Shown: positions 1-12,153, counted from the whole stretch's first letter. The stretch is DNA of 63,468 nt, filler included, from Phoronis australis (GCA_002633005.1; 7 parts of 7 records of this genome joined end to end with filler, not necessarily neighbours in it), one strand, 5' to 3'. Notes: a model not told the origin generated them from the letters alone. Program-made: numbers and translations.

Positions 1-694
1 TTACAATGTACTCCAAAACTAAACACAGGTGTCCAAAACAAATTTGTGACACTCCTAAATATGCTGAGAATGACGTCACTGCAACTTTTTGACAAGTGGT
101 GATCTTTCGAAAAATACCTTGATCTCATGTCCACGTCATGAGAAACACAGCAATGGAGCTTTGGGGTCAGCATAAATACAGGTATGGAGCTTTGGGGTCA
201 TAGCAAACTGTGGTTCAAAATAGCAAGTTACAGCAGTGACCGCTGGTCCTAATAGCTCCATGAACAGGCTATTAAGATAAGAATGTACTAGCAGAAAAAC
301 AAATTGTTAGCAGCTGCTCAGATATCTCCCGAACAAAGTGTTTCCCCATTTCGACAATGTCATGTACTTCTTTACAACATTGCCAGAAAACTTGTGCTTG
401 TACACCAGAGCTGTAGTCCTGTAACATGCTTCATGGAAAACTAAAATTGCTAAAAAATCTAATCAGTGTCACTTCAACTGCACACGGCCTAAGGGACAGA
501 ATATCCACACATTCTCTAAGTCCAAAACAAATTGAGTTTTTTTTGGAAATCTGTTATCATTTCAAGTTATTAATAATAAACAGACTTTGGTAATGTTCTT
601 GATGCTGATATTTTGCTATAGATGCCCCTCTCTTGATCCATTCATTGGCAGACTGGTATAAACCGAAGCACCACAAAGAACAGTTCAAGTTATG

Positions 695-700
695 TTTATT
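695..700 (-). promoter_or_regulatory. Candidate SETD2 polyadenylation signal (would imply a ~2.5 kb 3'UTR)
   Basis: TTTATT on + = AATAAA on -, at the end of an AT-rich UTR-like stretch downstream of the stop at 3237. Confidence 0.4.
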
Positions 701-1865
701 AAAATACTTCCAATAGAAAACATTATATGATACCTATCGTGACTGATAAAACTAAAAACAATAAAAGAAATACTGACATTTAACTTACTATACACACACC
801 TGCAATTCACCAGAGTGGCAGCAAGACACAGCAGTTTTGGTACAGACTATTTACAAATACGCAAAAATAAAACCGAAATTGACAACCTTAGTAACACAAA
901 TATACAACAGACGGAGTAATACAAACATCTGATTACATCTGAAATCGGCAATGAAAATTTCACACCACGAGACCATATTTGTCAAAAGGCATGAACTCTT
1001 CTACACCTACAACTTAGCAAAGCATTTAAAGCTGCCATGAACCAAGTTTATTTCAGAAAAAAACTAACTTTCGATTTATACTACTTGTCATTATCAAACT
1101 GATCTGAAATTGGCCTCCCGGGGCTTAGGAAAAATGTTATTGTTTGCAATTAGACACAACAAATACCAAGTGTAACTTCAAGTAATAACACACTGTCAGC
1201 TTTTCCCAAGCGCAGAGACCCTTCTAATCCAAGTAAGGAACAATCAAGACCAGTTTTAAAACAGTAACTGCTCTAAGTCGAAAGCTAGTTATTTCAAAAA
1301 ACAGGTTTATAACACTTTTGTAACCATTTAAAACATCTCAATACTTTTGTTATCTCCTATTTCCTCTTGGAGGCATTTCATATCTGCATCAAGATACGGC
1401 TAAAATCATGGCTTCAACCTTGAATGTCTCAAAAGTCGTAGCAGAAGATTATTTACAATCCTTAGTCTACCTAATGATGTAATCATTACCAGTGCATTCA
1501 ACAGCATGAGACATGACATGTTATGGGTGGAGTTCATAGATGTGCAAACACAAAACACTTCCAAAGGAAAATTTGAGGTTATGAAAACACCCAAGGTGTT
1601 GCGGATACTTAGAGAAACATACTTTACAGTATACCGATAACAATAACGGCCCTGAATGGATTAATTAATTCCTAATAACTACAGAATACCTACGATACTT
1701 AGCAAATGTCATCAACAGTATATTCTAAACTACCAACGCAAATTGTAAAAAATATACATCGCCCTCAAAGCATCCTTACCCAATGATATTTACACATACC
1801 GGGTGAAAACACTAACATCTAAAACATCAAATCGGTAATTTACAAATTACTAAATGTGTCTTGAC

Positions 1866-1896
1866 CAGGGGCGGAACCAGAATTTTGAGTTGGGGG
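1866..1896. mobile_element. Terminus of a CAGGGGCGGA-type (hAT-like) MITE, cut by a gap
   Basis: CAGGGGCGGAACCAGAATTTTGAGTTGGGGG closely matches the left end of the element at 37725. Confidence 0.55.
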
Positions 1897-2000
1897 NNNN
1901 NNNNNNNNNNNNNNNNNNNNNNNNNNNNNNNNNNNNNNNNNNNNNNNNNNNNNNNNNNNNNNNNNNNNNNNNNNNNNNNNNNNNNNNNNNNNNNNNNNNN

Positions 2001-2132
2001 CACGACATGTCATATGACGTGTCACGACATGTCATATGACGTGTCACGACATGTCATATGACGTGTCACGACATGTCATATGACGTGTCACGACATGTCA
2101 TATGACGTGTCACGACATGCCATATGACGTGT
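2001..2132. repeat. 22-bp quasi-palindromic minisatellite
   Basis: (CACGACATGTCATATGACGTGT) x ~6 next to an N gap. Confidence 0.95.
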
Positions 2133-2694
2133 CGCACTATTTACTGAGCATGATCATCACCAATAACGAAACCGCCAGTTCTTATCAAGACAAAAAATCA
2201 CTTCTCACTTGAGTTAAGATCAAATTGAGACCAGTTCTACAGCCGTAAGTGGCATAAATCAAAAGTCAGTTTCTTTGACAACTTCTTTAAAAACACGGCA
2301 GTTTGGGTAATTTGCACTCGTTAACTCAGTATATTACATCACTCCATGGCGGAATTAAGGAGCAGTATAAAAGACTGGACATAGTGAATCGGTAAATGAC
2401 AGTAAAATATTGTGCTCATCACAAAATGTTACCCTAAGATAATAATTATAAACCTGCACAACACACAGGTTTCTCCTAGATCAGATGAAAAACCACATCT
2501 GGTGTTGGGCTGTTTGTGACATTTGTACACTGGAATAAATTACTTAGCTACAAACTTGAGCTTTAACAACTGTCCTTACAGATGACAGAGACTTGAGTGC
2601 AAAGTTTACACTTTTGACAAAGGGTCGACAGTGTCACTCAAACACATTCCCAAACATTAAATGTCACAAGCTCTTATCAAGTCCTTCACATATC

Positions 2695-3236
2695 CACGGG
2701 TTGACAGCCACTGTTTTCACGAATTCAGAGCCTCCGTTTTCATGGGTCGAGAGATTATGATGTCACAATTGAGAGCCCTGTTTTGTGGGATGAGAACCTC
2801 CGCTTTCAAGAGTTGACAGCCTCCATTTTCACAGAGTGAAAGCTACTATTTTCAGCGGTTGGGAGCCCCCACTTTCACAGGGTGCGAGGCACTATTTTCA
2901 GCGGTTGGGAGTCCCCACTTTGATTGGCTTGAGAACCTCCATTTTAACAGGTTGAAAGCTTATATTTTAATGGTTTGCCAGCCTATAGTTTCAAGACCTG
3001 AGGACATCCATTTAATAGGTATGGTTACAATTTAAAAGGTTTAGAGCCTCCATTTTAAAGGTTGAGCCTCAATCTTCCGGTTTAAAAGTCTTATTTTCGT
3101 CAGGTTGAGAGTTTGTTCTTTAAAAACTGAGAGCCTTAATTTGACAGGTTGATAGCATCCAGTGCCAAAGGTTGGAGAACCTTCATTTTAAGTGTATGAG
3201 AGTACCCCTTTTCAAAAAATTTAAAAGACTCCATTT
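2695..3236. repeat. Degenerate ~29-30-bp tandem array in the proximal SETD2 3'UTR
   Basis: Recurrent GGTTGAGAGCCTCCATTTT(C/T)A-like units. Confidence 0.7.
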
Positions 3237-3416
3237 TCACATCTGAAGGGAGTCATCGTCTTTCTTAACCTCATCTTCCTTCCTGTAAACTTTGCCAAAT
3301 TTGTGCATGTACTTCTTCACGTAGTCCTTGGCCTTGGCCTTCACGTTTTCGTTGACTTCCAAGTCCTCCGGGTGACGACAGTGTTTGAGTTCTTTGGACA
3401 ACACAGCGTGGGTTAG
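3237..3416 (-). CDS. SETD2: SETD2 terminal coding exon (C-terminal half of SRI domain)
   Basis: cttcag acceptor; LTHAVLSKELKHCRHPEDLEVNENVKAKAKDYVKKYMHKFGKVYRKEDEVKKDDDSLQM-TGA; matches the Set2-Rpb1-interacting domain; phase 0 joins the upstream exon. Confidence 0.95.
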   Translation of the reverse strand, partial: LTHAVLSKELKHCRHPEDLEVNENVKAKAKDYVKKYMHKFGKVYRKEDEVKKDDDSLQM

Positions 3417-3484
3417 CTGAAGGCAGAAGGGACACTTACATACAACAATACAGGTGTCTCACTTAGATACAACAATACAGGCGT

Positions 3485-4123
3485 GTTAAAACCTCGGACA
3501 ATGATAACGGAACGTATCATGAAATGACTAACAGCATTAGATAATTGAAAAACTATTGCAGACTAAAGAGAGACTACGAATAAAAGTTGATTCGACATAC
3601 GGCGTAAACTATTGCAGTTTCTAATGGCATTTAGTGACGATGGCATCAAAAGGAGTGGGTCAAATAAACCATTGATATTATGTCCTGAAGTTGCTGTTTG
3701 GAAATGCACTGCAGTACTCCAAACAGTCCTCTTCAAGATTACATTAGATAGCATGACAGTGTTACCGAAAACTCACACTTATGGAGATTGTACCCCCGTG
3801 TAAGCCCTGTCATAGAATGCTAATCTTGTCATATCCTTTCAGTTAACAAAGTTACCAATAACTAATCAAACATCTATTAACTTGTTCAGGAAATGACAGA
3901 TGTTTCAATAGACATTGTAAAACACTGATAACTTTCTTCAAACCATAAAGACTGACCTTTCTTGCCAAGTGCTTGAAGTCATCTGTGGAGTTGATGCGGC
4001 CTAATTTACAATCAGGCTTCCTGAACGGGTTGAGGCATGACACGATGTATGTGGACATCTTCACCCGGAAGGCCTCCTTACACCGCTTGGCCACCTCACT
4101 TGATGTATCAGCTGCAGCAGTGG
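3485..4123 (-). other. Allelic duplicate of SETD2 last intron plus partial exon (3957-4123); copy of 4201-4839
   Basis: Near-identical to 4201-4839; ends at the single 'n' (4124); the three exon differences seen are synonymous. Confidence 0.85.
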
Positions 4124-4124
4124 N

Positions 4125-4200
4125 AAATATTATAAAAAAAGCGGAAAGCACATTTGAAAAAAGCGGAAATCCGCGTTTCCGCGGAAAATTCCAAGCCCTG
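4125..4200. mobile_element. hAT-like transposon end
   Basis: ...CCGCGGAAAATTCCAAGCCCTG terminus (CAGGGCTTGG on -) with GCGGAAA subterminal repeats; absent at the equivalent position of the duplicate (3485). Confidence 0.65.
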
Positions 4201-4672
4201 GTTAAAGCCTTGGACAATGACGATGGAACATATCATGGAATGACTAACAGCATTAGATATTTGAAAAACTATTGCACACTAAAGAGAGACTAGGAATAAA
4301 AGCTGATTCTACATACGGTGTAAACTATTGTAGTTTCTAATGGCATTTAGTGACGATGGCATCAAAAGCAGTGGGTCAAATAAACCATTGATATTATGTC
4401 CTGAAGTTGCTGTTTGGAAATGCACTGCAGTACTCCAAAGAGTCCTTTTCAAGATTACATTAGATAGCATGACAGTGTTAGCGAAAACTCACACTTATGG
4501 AGATTGTACCCCCATGTAAGGCCTGTCATAGAATGCTAATCTTGTCATATCCTTTCAGCTAACAAAGTTACCAATAACTAATTAATCATCTATTAACTTG
4601 TTCAGGAAATGACAGATGTTTCAATAGACATTGTAAAACACTGATAACTTTCTTCAAACCATAAAGACTGAC

Positions 4673-4940
4673 CTTTCTTGCCAAGTGCTTGAAGTCATCT
4701 GTGGAGTTGATGCGGCCTAGTTTACAATCAGGCTTCCTGAACGGGTTGAGGCATGACACGATGTATGTGGACATCTTCACCCGGAACGCCTCCTTACACC
4801 GCTTGGCCACCTCACTTGATGTATCAGCTGCCGCAGTGGTGGTTGTCGTAGAAGCCTGACGTTTCTTATGCTCGGCCACTTCAGCCTCTATTTCGGCCGC
4901 CTCAGCATCTTCCAATGTGGGGGGCTCCCACTGGGTTTTT
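4673..4940 (-). CDS. SETD2: SETD2 exon: end of WW domain and first half of SRI domain
   Basis: ttttag/GTCAGT boundaries; (R)KTQWEPPTLEDAEAAEIEAE...KRCKEAFRVKMSTYIVSCLNPFRKPDCKLGRINSTDDFKHLARK; 268 nt, phase 2 to 0. Confidence 0.95.
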
Positions 4941-5759
4941 CTAAAATGTAAAATGACATGAAAAACATTGACAACTTTGTGACACTAAAACTCCAGCATC
5001 CCCTTTAACAGTACAAAAATGGCATAATAATTGTAAAAAAACAAAAAAATTTCGCAGGGTAAAAAATTGACCAAAGAACCAACAGCATTATCTTTTGTCT
5101 TTAATTTTTGTTAAACGCTTATTATGTAAAACACAATGCACAGTAATTGGAGTCAAACCCCTATAGCATATCTTTGAAGAGAACATCCAAGCACTCTCAT
5201 AAGGGCTGATAAATGCCATACAGTTTACGTAAATGAATCCCAGTCTATAAGTATATCAACATTCTTGCATTTAAGACTATTTTCGTAAATTTAGCAAAAG
5301 CGTGTCATAGTGTTGAAATGCTCCCAGGACTTCACTGCAAACAATGTGCTTCCAGGGGTGTTTATTAGTATCATGGAGCGTAGTTAACACTCACTTGATT
5401 ACTAAGATATGAAATCTGAATACCTACTGGCACACATACCATAAGCTGGCCAACAGGGGGTGTTATGGTGGTCCAATCTGTCAGTATAATTCAACTATTC
5501 CAGCACATCTTAGCCATCCACATTTGTTTCAAGTTTTATCACAATTTGTTGATCAGTTTTGACAATAAAGGAAAAGCAAAAAAGTAAGTCAAAAGTTAAA
5601 ATTGTCAGAGCCTATGCACACTAATCATGTATTATTGGGTATAGTTCCATCAAAACCGGGCAAGCCCTTCTGACAGGCATGGAAAATTGTGTCAAAAATT
5701 ATTTCCACTGCAATCAAATCAGTGCAAAAACCGACTGGTTACCGTGGATTCAAGGGAAA

Positions 5760-6635
5760 AGGAGATACTGCCACAGATGCAAAAAAATAAAATTGTCACT
5801 AGAGAGGTACAGCAGTAGTTGGATACGTCCAAATGTCGACGTTGTCTGTTGTCAGCTTCATATAAATACACTTGCTAAATTTAACAAAGATTCTGCAGAG
5901 GGTTTGGGAGATACAGCCATAGATGCAAAAAATGCCACTAGGAGGCACCACAGTAGTCTGAGTCATCCAAACATCATCATCAGCTGTCTTCTTCACAGTA
6001 GAAACATAAATGCCAATTTCCAAAATCATCCTTAGAGTAGTTTGGTTGATAGAGGGGCTGATGCCAAAAATGGACTAGAAAAAAATGGCCATCAGATGGC
6101 GCAAAATATGTCGAATGTATCCAAACGGGAACATGTCGTTTTTTTTTAAATAGCCAGATATTTACCAATTTTCATAAAAACCATCAAGGAACTTGAAAAA
6201 AAAAAGAAAAACAAAAAATATAAAATTGCCACTAGGGGGCACAGCGTTCCTCAGATCCATTCGAAAGTTGTCGTCATTGTCTGGTGTCAATTTCATTTAC
6301 TAAAATACACTTGTTGAATGTAAGAAAGATCAAGCAGAGGGTTTAGGAGATACAACCATGGGTGCAAAAAAATGCCACTAAGAAACGCCACATTAGTCCA
6401 AGCCATCAGAAAACCATCATCAGCCATCGTCTTCACAGTAGGATCATATACGCCAATTTTTACAATCATCCTTAGAGTGGTTTGGGTAATAGAGGGGCAG
6501 ACTCCAAAAGACTCGAAAACATTAAAAAAAGGCCACTAGGTGGCGCAAAATACCTCGAATTCATCCAAAAACAAGAGGAGAGCATCATCTCACTGATAAA
6601 TGCCTATCTGCCAAATTTTATGAAAATCCATTGAG
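5760..6635. mobile_element. Non-autonomous Helentron/DINE-like repeat with internal ~435-bp duplication
   Basis: 5790-6200 resembles 6220-6635; repeated GCCACTAGGTGGCGC-like motifs; inverted relative at 57780-58100. Confidence 0.55.
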
Positions 6636-6673
6636 TTAGCTCATGAACACGTGCAGCGCACCCCTGCACCTAC

Positions 6674-6888
6674 CTCGTCTTTGTGTGGTAATAGTACACC
6701 TTGCCCTCTGCATCCTTCGCCATTCTCCAGTTAACAGGCAGCTTGACCTCCTTCGGTCTGGGGGGTGATGGTGGGGGCGGGATATCTTCGCTATCAGTGG
6801 GCGGGGCCGAACTCTGCAGAGTGACAGCTTGTTGTTGCTGTTGCTGCAGCTGCTGCTGTTGCTGAAGGATCTGCTGTAACTGTTGGAC
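6674..6888 (-). CDS. SETD2: SETD2 exon: polyQ, Pro-rich segment and WW domain start
   Basis: cttcag/GTAGGT; VQQLQQILQQQQQLQQQQQQAV...PPPPSPPRPKEVKLPVNWRMAKDAEGKVYYYHTKTR; 215 nt, phase 0 to 2. Confidence 0.93.
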
Positions 6889-7257
6889 CTGAAGACAGGA
6901 AGAATACAAGTTGTGCAAGTTCTTAACTCCATCTTTTGGAAGACACAAAAACTGCTTGTACGGTAAAATCTCACCCATTTAGAACACAATATGGCAGACA
7001 AGTGAAATTTTATGTTTTTATTGATTTATACAAGACAGGCAGCACTAAATAAATGATATGCCATTATAAAGGTATATGCTATAGCTACATTCAGATGTTT
7101 CTGAGAAATTGTGGACATTCAAAAGGATATTAGAAGCTTTTGAAAAATGAAAAAAATACCAATCTTGGCAATTATTTTTGTCCGAAATTGGTGAGATTTT
7201 ACCGTGCAATGTGGCGGAGGAGAAACGGAAAGTGGGAAACTTTTGGACTGAAGCGTT

Positions 7258-7362
7258 CAAAAAATGTTTGTAAGTGTCAAAAATGTTTGTAAGTGTCTAA
7301 AAATGTTTGTAAGTGTCCAAAAATGTTTGTAAGTGTCTAAAAATGTTTGTAAGTGTCTAAAA
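7258..7362. repeat. 20-bp minisatellite
   Basis: (AAAAATGTTTGTAAGTGTCT) x ~5. Confidence 0.95.
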
Positions 7363-7960
7363 AGGCAGTTTATCAAGATTGTCAACAACTTCAGGAGAAA
7401 TGGATCCATTAAAGATCATTTTCAAACACTCCCGTTCTGACATCGTTGAAAATACTATCGTTAGGTATTTCCAATGGGATATCTTTCGTCTGAAAATTCT
7501 CGAAGCTTTAATAATAAAAACTGAAACTCCTGAGATACTGGGTTCCATCGTACCTTGCCATTACATAAATAATGTCCATATTTTGGAATACCTGTGTATT
7601 TCATTTAATTTTATACCATTTTACAGTAGCTTAGTTCCCATGACAATTCCTTCTGAAACTGCACTCTTATATATGCCACCTTATATTCGTTTTTAACGTC
7701 ATTGTTCTTGTTTCATGTATAATACACGATAGCATTTGTAATTTTGAATTTATTTGCCTGGTCTAGTCTAGACGCAGTACAGCAACTGTTTTACTATGAA
7801 ATGTTTTGTACGGTGTTTTATTTTATATGTACTTATGCGTATGTGTTTGTGATGCAACTCACAATCAGTGATCTACTCTTTCAACTGCCACCTGATGAAA
7901 GACATTTAGGGAGCGGCCAAGAATCATTCATGCTTCAGAGTATTTGTAGTAACGCCCTAC

Positions 7961-8164
7961 CTGAATACTTTGGAGACCCTGTTCTGTGATCTGAATGACA
8001 GGTGCTGTCACCTGTTGAGCTGGAGTGTACGAAGCCTGTACAACTGCATCCTGAGCCACAGAGGGCTGAGCGAAGAAGACCCCGGCGTTGGGGGCAGCCA
8101 ATTGCTGTGAGGCGGTCAATTGCTGCGGAGTGGTTGAGAAGCCAGGCTGGCTTGGATATGATTG
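7961..8164 (-). CDS. SETD2: SETD2 exon (low-complexity Q/P/A region)
   Basis: tttcag/GTAGGG; 204 nt open frame QSYPSQPGFSTTPQQLTASQQ...TEQGLQSIQ; phase 0 to 0 fits both neighbours. Confidence 0.88.
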
Positions 8165-8188
8165 CTGAAATTTAGTAATCTATTAGTC

Positions 8189-8308
8189 ATGAGTGGCAGT
8201 ACTACAAGTCATATCACAGCTCATAGTTGTGAGTGGCAGTACTACAAGTCATATCACAGCTCATAGTTGTGAGTGGCAGTACTACAAGTCATATTACAGC
8301 TCATAGTT
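8189..8308. repeat. 40-bp minisatellite
   Basis: (TGAGTGGCAGTACTACAAGTCATATCACAGCTCATAGTTG) x 3. Confidence 0.95.
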
Positions 8309-8778
8309 TACATGCTCAGCAGTCTAGATGTTAGAGTGCCACACAATCACAGTTGAGAAGTTATAGATGGGAGTCACAGTGACTGTCCCCTGGCCTCGCA
8401 TTTGATGAGGTATAGCACTGAGAGAGCCTCCAAGCACCAAATCTCATTTTTAGTCTTAAAAATATGGGCACATTCAAGTTGACACGTGAAAGTCTTTAGG
8501 TACAAAGTAATATTATATGAGTACCACATTACCATAACTATTACCAAGACTTACATATATCGGATACAATTAGAGCAGGAGAAGCTATAGGAGTTAGACA
8601 AAATACGCTTTATGTGAACAGCCAATTGCACTAAATAGAACAAAAATGCTAGAGAACTTTGTCTGAGTACGGTCAATATCAAACTCGGGCACGTCCAATT
8701 TATTTACCTTGCTATAATACATTATGTAATTCTATTCTACTCCAATTGTTGCCATGACAACCCATCACATCGACTTAC

Positions 8779-8936
8779 CTGGAATGTGGCCGCAGCTTGT
8801 TGTTGTTGGCCGGGGGCCTGGAAAACTACCTGAGGTGACGCCTCTAAGTAAGGAGCCTGCTCCGCCAGCTGGGGCTGATCCATGTAGTTGGGGTTCATGA
8901 ACACGGGCGTGTGGGAGTCCTGGTAAGCTGGATCAC
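8779..8936 (-). CDS. SETD2: SETD2 exon (low-complexity)
   Basis: ctccag/GTAAGT; 158 nt (G)DPAYQDSHTPVFMNPNYMDQPQLAEQAPYLEASPQVVFQAPGQQQAAATFQ; phase 1 to 0. Confidence 0.87.
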
Positions 8937-9436
8937 CTGGAGGGTATCACCACAGAATGAAGAGTGATGCAAATTGAGGAGGGGAAAACGTGTGTTTCAC
9001 AAAACTTTTATAACGAAATTTTACCTCTACTACGAAAGAACAAAAAAATTGACACTTCACTACAAAAATAAAGCCAAGATAGAAAAAAAGGTAAAATTAT
9101 ATGCCACATTCAAAACATAATTGTTTACAATCTTAACATGAAGCTATCTGCACATAATGTTGTTGTAATATCTGGAGAATATCAAACAACCAAAAAAGAC
9201 AAAAAGGGTGAAAAGATGTGGGAACCATTAAATAAGCGTAACAACCATCAAAAGTGGTCAATAGACAGAACTGGTGAGAGTATGGCCAATAGAGGGAACA
9301 GGCTTTTCTAAAGACTTTTGGCCACACGTTGACCTTGTTGAATTATAATAATTGTATGTTAACGAGAAGAACTTTCATCCAGTAGTCACCTGATGCTCCC
9401 ATCATCACAAAAGTGCAGCCCCCCTATCGAACCTAC

Positions 9437-9696
9437 CCTGATGATAGAAGGCTTGGTACTGTTGCGGCAGTGCCCCCTGTTGGAAGGCTGCTTCATGCAT
9501 CAGCGCCTGCTCATGCAGCCTCATCTCCTGCTCTTGCTGTAGCTGCAAGTCGTGCTGTAGCTGCAGCTCCTGTTGCTGCAACTCCTGCTCTCGTTGTTCC
9601 TGAAGTTTGGCCTCTTCCTCAGCCTTCACCTGCTCCTCAAACAGTTGACGCCTCTCCTGCTTAGTCATCTTAGGCGGAGTTGGCAACAGCACCTTC
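9437..9696 (-). CDS. SETD2: SETD2 exon (coiled-coil, Q/E-rich)
   Basis: ctgcag/GTAGGT; KVLLPTPPKMTKQERRQLFEEQVKAEEEAKLQEQREQELQQQ...; ERRxLFE motif as in SETD2; 260 nt, phase 2 to 1. Confidence 0.9.
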
Positions 9697-9779
9697 CTGC
9701 AGGGGTCATAGCAATATACAGGGTGTTTGAAAAACAGTAGGCATGACGAGGGTACACGTGCATGTCCACAGCTCACAAG

Positions 9780-10113
9780 TAAGGGCAACTACAGTACAAG
9801 ACAAGGATTACTACAGTAAAAGACAAGGGTAACTACAGTACAAGACAAGGATTACTACAGTAAAAGACAAGGGTAACTACAATACAAGACAAGGGTAACT
9901 ACAGTACAAGACAAGGGTAACTACAGTTCAAGACAAGGATAACTACAGTTCAACACAAGGGTAACTACAGTACAAGACAAGGATAACTACAGTTCAAGAC
10001 AAGGGTAACTACAGTACAAGACAAGGATAACTACAGTAAAAGACAAGGGAAACTACAGTTCAAGACAAGGGTAACTACAGTACAAGACAAGGGTATCTAC
10101 AGTTCAAGACAAA
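9780..10113. repeat. 22-bp minisatellite
   Basis: (CAAGACAAGGGTAACTACAGTA) x ~15. Confidence 0.95.
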
Positions 10114-11177
10114 AGTAATCAGACAAAATACCATTACGCCACCGTGAAGGCCAACTCTGTTACCAGCAGAAATGACCGATAATGACAGGAAAACAAAATT
10201 CTAACTTTCCTGTTAATGCCACTTCGTTCTATGTGATGAGGAAAGACTAGTCTGACAAGGAGTACTTTGCCCAGGCATCGTGACAGGGAGTTCCACGTTA
10301 TTTTGTCTGAATACTTTTGGTTTGTACTGTATTATGCAGGGCCACACACCAATTTCGATATTGAACCTTGACTTGGTTTGGCTTTGCACTTGTCATTTAG
10401 TCAGTTGCTTGTACAGTGTCCAGAGTGCGATTCATAGACTTGATGTGTTTTTGAATAGTTAAACCACCTCAAATTTATCTTTTATTTGTTTGAAATTGCA
10501 ACTTAAAGTGATATTCTTTACCGATCTGATCAGAGGAAAGTGGGTCACTTTGAATAGCAACATTGTTTGACATAATCCATTCACTCCAGTAAGATCATAC
10601 CTCATTCAATATAAAGCAAGAGTACAAATCTTCCCATGAGCTGTGAGTGTACACATAACAGGCCATCTCTGAACGGATGACCCAGTTCAAGAAAACAAGA
10701 CTAATGCAAGTTTGAAGCAAGACTTTATTTGTTTTTGGTTGAATAGCTACCCTTACCTAGCAGTTTATCGATCAGTGGCCAAATGCTCAACACTCCAGTT
10801 GAGAGCTTTCCGGATAACACTAGTTAACTAATGGGCTCACCTAACTTTATCAACGAAGATCCCGAATATCGATATAACACTCATTTTCATACAAGGTATA
10901 TGTGGTTCATGTATCAAGGTCTACATTTTTGTCAGTCACATCCAAGATGGAGGCTTTGGCAGACATCTTGTTGTCAAACGTTATGTACTAGATTACCCAT
11001 CCTTTTCATGATACATTTAGACAGATAGGGTACCAAGATCTAGGTTTTTCTTAAAGACAAATCCAAGATGGTGGTTTGGCAGCCATTTTATTGCTGAAAG
11101 TTGTATTTTTGGTGCGAAACTGTTACAAGGGATTTCCCATGATGGGAAAACTCTCATTCCTATGAGCGACAGCATAC

Positions 11178-11292
11178 CTGGGCTTGCCAGAGTCGGACTC
11201 CTCATCTACAGATTTACGGAACTTCCTGTCCTTTTTACGAATCTTTTCCGGTGAATCATCTCTACTCCGTTTGCGACCAAAACGATCAAAAT
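11178..11292 (-). CDS. SETD2: SETD2 exon (basic/acidic)
   Basis: ttttag/GTATGC; 115 nt (D)FDRFGRKRSRDDSPEKIRKKDRKFRKSVDEESDSGKP(R); phase 1 to 2. Confidence 0.85.
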
Positions 11293-11743
11293 CTAAAAGT
11301 AAAATGGCAGAAACGTCTCAGATGGATACACATTGATACCCTTTGATGACAAGATGCCTTAGGGACTGCAGCACAGCCAGCTCTATGTAACTTCATGCAT
11401 CCCTCAAACTACACTGGTGTCAGCACCACTGATGGTGCAAACAAATGCAGTCAGATAAAATCACAATTTCAGACTCTGATGAAATATCTTTAAAATTCAA
11501 TGACTTTCCAAGATTTTTTCATGTTAAACTGACATTCCATGACTTTCAAAGAGAAATCACTTATTTACAGGCCTGCAAATTTCAAGTAAAAATACCTTTG
11601 AAGCATGCAGTAAATGTTCATAATCTTGTAATACTACAGGGCTATAAGTGTTGAAATGTCACTTATTTGATAAAACTTATTTTGGAATGGATTTTCAACA
11701 TGGCAATCTCTTTGCATAACTGACTCATACGTTTGATCTTAGA

Positions 11744-11870
11744 GGAGGCAGTTTGGCCTAGTGAGATATGTGTTTGCTTCCTTTACTCAAGGTCGTGGGT
11801 TCGAATCCCACTGGGGCACACTGCTAGACCCTTGAGTTATGTACTGGGGCACACTGCTAGACCCTTGAGT
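11744..11870 (+). mobile_element. tRNA-derived SINE head / tRNA pseudogene
   Basis: A-box-like TGGCCTAGTGAG and B-box GGTTCGAATCC, followed by a duplicated CTGGGGCACACTGCTAGACCCTTGAGTTA; no clean cloverleaf. Confidence 0.6.
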
Positions 11871-12153
11871 TAGGTACACAGCTTGGTTTTAGTTTTATAA
11901 TAATTAGCATAACAAAAGCAACACGGAGCATTGAAGTGCGTCCACGACAGCGACACAAATAGTGTTTTGAGAGTGATAAAAATGGCCAGGAATGGGCACA
12001 CGTGAGCGGACTGCGCACTACATGCTGTACCAGACGACATGCAATTATCTTTTATAAGCATGATCGTATGCTTCATGGAACAAAACACATCACTGAAAGC
12101 TTCTACTATGCCAAAAGCTTCAGTTATTGCGCCAATCCTCCATGACAACTAAC

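Noticed and set aside
3852-4217. Second SRI-encoding exon suggesting mutually exclusive splicing
   Set aside because: No acceptor, truncated at 'n', only synonymous differences: best explained as a haplotype duplicate
9780-10113. CRISPR-like appearance of this and the other tandem arrays (15034, 43892, 59616)
   Set aside because: Head-to-tail units with no unique spacers, no cas genes, eukaryotic context
11744-11820. Functional tRNA gene
   Set aside because: A/B boxes are present but acceptor and anticodon stems do not pair; treated as SINE-like
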